From Acetofilamentum sp. (lineage in GTDB: Bacteria; Bacteroidota; Bacteroidia; Bacteroidales; JAFGXI01): DNA of 36,003 nucleotides. The position numbers and the translations under genes were made by a program. Each line of letters opens with the position of its first letter. Position 1 is the first letter of the stretch. This document shows positions 33,981 to 36,003 of this stretch, in pieces. The notes below the pieces were generated by a model, which worked only from the letters and a program-made list of their open reading frames with translations, was not told the origin of the DNA and made no database searches. The DNA lies in assembly GCA_020720565.1 (NCBI GenBank), contig DYOK01000002.1, positions 1 to 36,003 on the forward strand, read 5' to 3'.

Positions 33981-36003
33981 TTACCCTATCACTACGTTAA
34001 TAATTTTTCCGTGTACAAATACCACTTTTTTGATGCTTTTGCCTTCGAGATATTTTGGTGTAAGCTCGTGTGCATTGAGTTGCTCCAAAACTGCATTGGT
34101 GTCGGTAATATCGAGCGAAAGATTGAGTTTATAACGCATCTTACCGTTGAACGAAACTGGGTAATCGAAAGCAGATTCGACCAAATACTGTGGGTCAAAT
34201 TCAGGGAAAGTTGCATCGATAATGCTGCTTGTATGTCCCAAGGCATGCCACAATTCTTCGGCAATGTGTGGTGCAAAGGGTGATAGCATTATTAAAAACG
34301 GTTCGGCAATCTTACGTTTATGTGTTTTATGTTGACTCCATTCGTTAACAGCAATCATAAATGCACTAACCGAGGTATTGAACGAAAATTGTTCGATGTC
34401 GGCTTGTATTTTTTTGATGGTTTTATGCAAGACTTTAAGCTCTTCGGCTGTAGGAACTTGGTCGCTTATCAAGAATTGACCGTCTCTATCGTAAAACATT
34501 TGCCAAGTCTTACGTAAAAACTTATGTACACCATCAATTCCATTGGTATCCCATGGTTTGGCCTGTTCCAATGGACCCAAAAACATCTCGTACATACGCA
34601 AAGTATCGGCTCCGTATTTTTCGATGATATCGTCGGGGTTTACTACGTTAAACGTCGACTTCGACATTTTCTCGACCGCCCATCCGCAAATATATTTTCC
34701 GTTTTCGAGAATGAATTCTGTTTGAGCAAATTCCACACGCCATTGTTTAAACTGTTCGATATCTAAAATGTCGTTACTCACCATATTGACATCGACATGT
34801 ATAGCAGTTGTGTCGTATTGATCTTTAAGTCCGTTTGATACAAATTGTTGTGTGCCATTAACTCGATATACAAAATTGGAACGGCCTTGTATCATCCCTT
34901 GATTGATTAGCTTTTTGAAAGGTTCGTCTTTAACCACAAGGCCTATATCGAATAAGAATTTGTTCCAAAAACGAGAATAAATCAAATGACCAGTGGCGTG
35001 CTCTGTGCCTCCGATATACAAATCGACATCTTGCCAATAGGCGTTGGCATCTTTCGAAACCAAGCTGTTTGTATTTCGAGGATCCATATATCTTAAATAA
35101 TAAGCTGACGAACCAGCAAAACCGGGCATGGTACTCAATTCGAGCGTGTGCCCTTCGCTGTTGTGCCAATTTTGTGCACGTCCAAGTGGGGGCTGTCCGT
35201 CTTCGGTGGGCAAGAATTTATCGACATCGGGCAACAAAAGCGGCAATTCATCTTCGTTTAATGGGTAAGGCATGCCATCTTTGTAATAAATTGGAAATGG
35301 CTCTCCCCAGTAACGTTGACGTGAAAAAATAGCATCTCGTAAACGGTAATTGGTTTGTCCTAGGCCGATTTGTTCATCCTCTAAACGAGTAATCACTTGG
35401 CTTATGGCGGTTTTAACGTCTAAACCGGTAATAAAATCCGATTGTATGCATACGCCTTCTTTGGCGTCATAAGATTGGCTCCATTCCGAAACCGGTATTG
35501 GGTTTTCACCCTTTTGAGCCACAACTTGAATAATCGGCAAATTAAAATGTTTGGCAAATGCAAAATCGCGGCTATCGTGTGCCGGTACTGCCATTACAGC
35601 TCCTGTCCCGTAGCCTGCCAAAACATAATCGGCTACCCAAATAGGGATAAGTTCGTCGGTAAACGGATGTTTGGCATAACTGCCAGTAAACACACCCGAA
35701 ACCGTTTTAACGTCGGCCATTCGCTCTCGCTCACTTCGCTTTTGAGTGTCTTCGAGGTATTGAGCCACGGCTTGTTTTTGTTCCTTAGTCGTTAAAGTTT
35801 GAACCCAGTCGCTTTCAGGTGCAAGGACCATAAACGTAACACCGAAAATGGTATCGGGTCTGGTGGTAAAGATTTTGATTGAAGCCCCTCCTAAATCCTC
35901 CCCAAAGGGGAGGACTTTATTTGACCCACCTAAATTGTCGTTACCAGAGAGGACTTTATTTGACCCACCTAAATTGTCGTCACTAGAGAGGACTTTATTT
36001 GAC
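33981..36003 (-). CDS. leuS: Leucine--tRNA ligase, N-terminus beyond the window
   Basis: The frame is open from 35831 to the window edge. It reads ...[23 protein letters not shown], then [26 protein letters not shown] and the VEKMSKS motif. The Met at 35831 used by the ORF track is internal. Confidence 0.95.
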   Translation of the reverse strand, partial: SNKVLSSDDNLGGSNKVLSGNDNLGGSNKVLPFGEDLGGASIKIFTTRPDTIFGVTFMVLAPESDWVQTLTTKEQKQAVAQYLEDTQKRSERERMADVKTVSGVFTGSYAKHPFTDELIPIWVADYVLAGYGTGAVMAVPAHDSRDFAFAKHFNLPIIQVVAQKGENPIPVSEWSQSYDAKEGVCIQSDFITGLDVKTAISQVITRLEDEQIGLGQTNYRLRDAIFSRQRYWGEPFPIYYKDGMPYPLNEDELPLLLPDVDKFLPTEDGQPPLGRAQNWHNSEGHTLELSTMPGFAGSSAYYLRYMDPRNTNSLVSKDANAYWQDVDLYIGGTEHATGHLIYSRFWNKFLFDIGLVVKDEPFKKLINQGMIQGRSNFVYRVNGTQQFVSNGLKDQYDTTAIHVDVNMVSNDILDIEQFKQWRVEFAQTEFILENGKYICGWAVEKMSKSTFNVVNPDDIIEKYGADTLRMYEMFLGPLEQAKPWDTNGIDGVHKFLRKTWQMFYDRDGQFLISDQVPTAEELKVLHKTIKKIQADIEQFSFNTSVSAFMIAVNEWSQHKTHKRKIAEPFLIMLSPFAPHIAEELWHALGHTSSIIDATFPEFDPQYLVESAFDYPVSFNGKMRYKLNLSLDITDTNAVLEQLNAHELTPKYLEGKSIKKVVFVHGKIINVVIG
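35886..36003 (-). repeat. In-frame 39-nt (13-codon) tandem repeats inside leuS, at least 3 units; the array runs off the window
   Basis: Units are 35886-35924, 35925-35963 and 35964-36002. They translate as [26 protein letters not shown] and [13 protein letters not shown]. The first contains the palindrome CCTCCCC-AAA-GGGGAGG (35897-35913). Confidence 0.85.

Noticed and set aside
33951-35795. Multiple short ORFs on both strands within leuS (33951-34283, 33992-34276, 34320-34517, 34524-34766, 34930-35169, 35069-35332, 35442-35795)
   Set aside because: All are embedded in the strongly supported leuS frame.
35829-35831. Met at 35831 as the start of a 616-aa stand-alone protein or split LeuRS beta-subunit
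   Set aside because: The frame stays open to the window edge and reads through the conserved [18 protein letters not shown] block. The Met is the internal M of that motif.
35886-36003. CRISPR array (also considered for 17986-18040 and 25556-25589)
   Set aside because: The units are directly tandem with no spacers. The first array is in frame within leuS, and no cas genes are present in the window.

Overview
AT-rich chromosomal segment that looks like a gliding Bacteroidota (Flavobacteriia/Cytophagia-like) genome. Taxon evidence: a GldH lipoprotein next to a PSP1 gene, a T9SS-like C-terminal tail, and several TTTG-N19-21-TAnnTTTG promoters. Most of the window is housekeeping. It starts with a partial tRNA-Thr and an abutting SRP RNA. 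The recognisable core genes are thyA, a mannose-1-P guanylyltransferase, trmB, gldH, tsaD, queE, def, gmk, yicC and the C-terminal two-thirds of leuS. There are also peptidases (S8, S41), transporters (MFS, TerC, a 1035-aa ABC fusion) and envelope proteins. Two small accessory toxin-antitoxin-like pairs are embedded: DUF4160 + DUF2442-HTH at 21749-22500 and HEPN + minimal nucleotidyltransferase at 32559-33226. No transposase, integrase, CRISPR array or rRNA was seen. The features not explained by ordinary annotation are mostly non-coding. (1) A ~20-nt palindromic motif (consensus TTAAGGTCTTCGACCTATTT) occurs about 11 times, always intergenic, and often supplies the stop codon of the adjacent gene. 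(2) In-frame 39-nt tandem repeats carrying a GC-rich palindromic element sit inside leuS just before the CP1 editing domain. (3) The ~390-nt gene-free stretch next to the DUF4160/DUF2442 pair holds a 145-nt nested palindrome and a promoter-driven GC-rich structured segment. (4) An orphan promoter-plus-terminator unit near ffs could be an sRNA. All protein calls come from motif recognition by eye; no database search was run.
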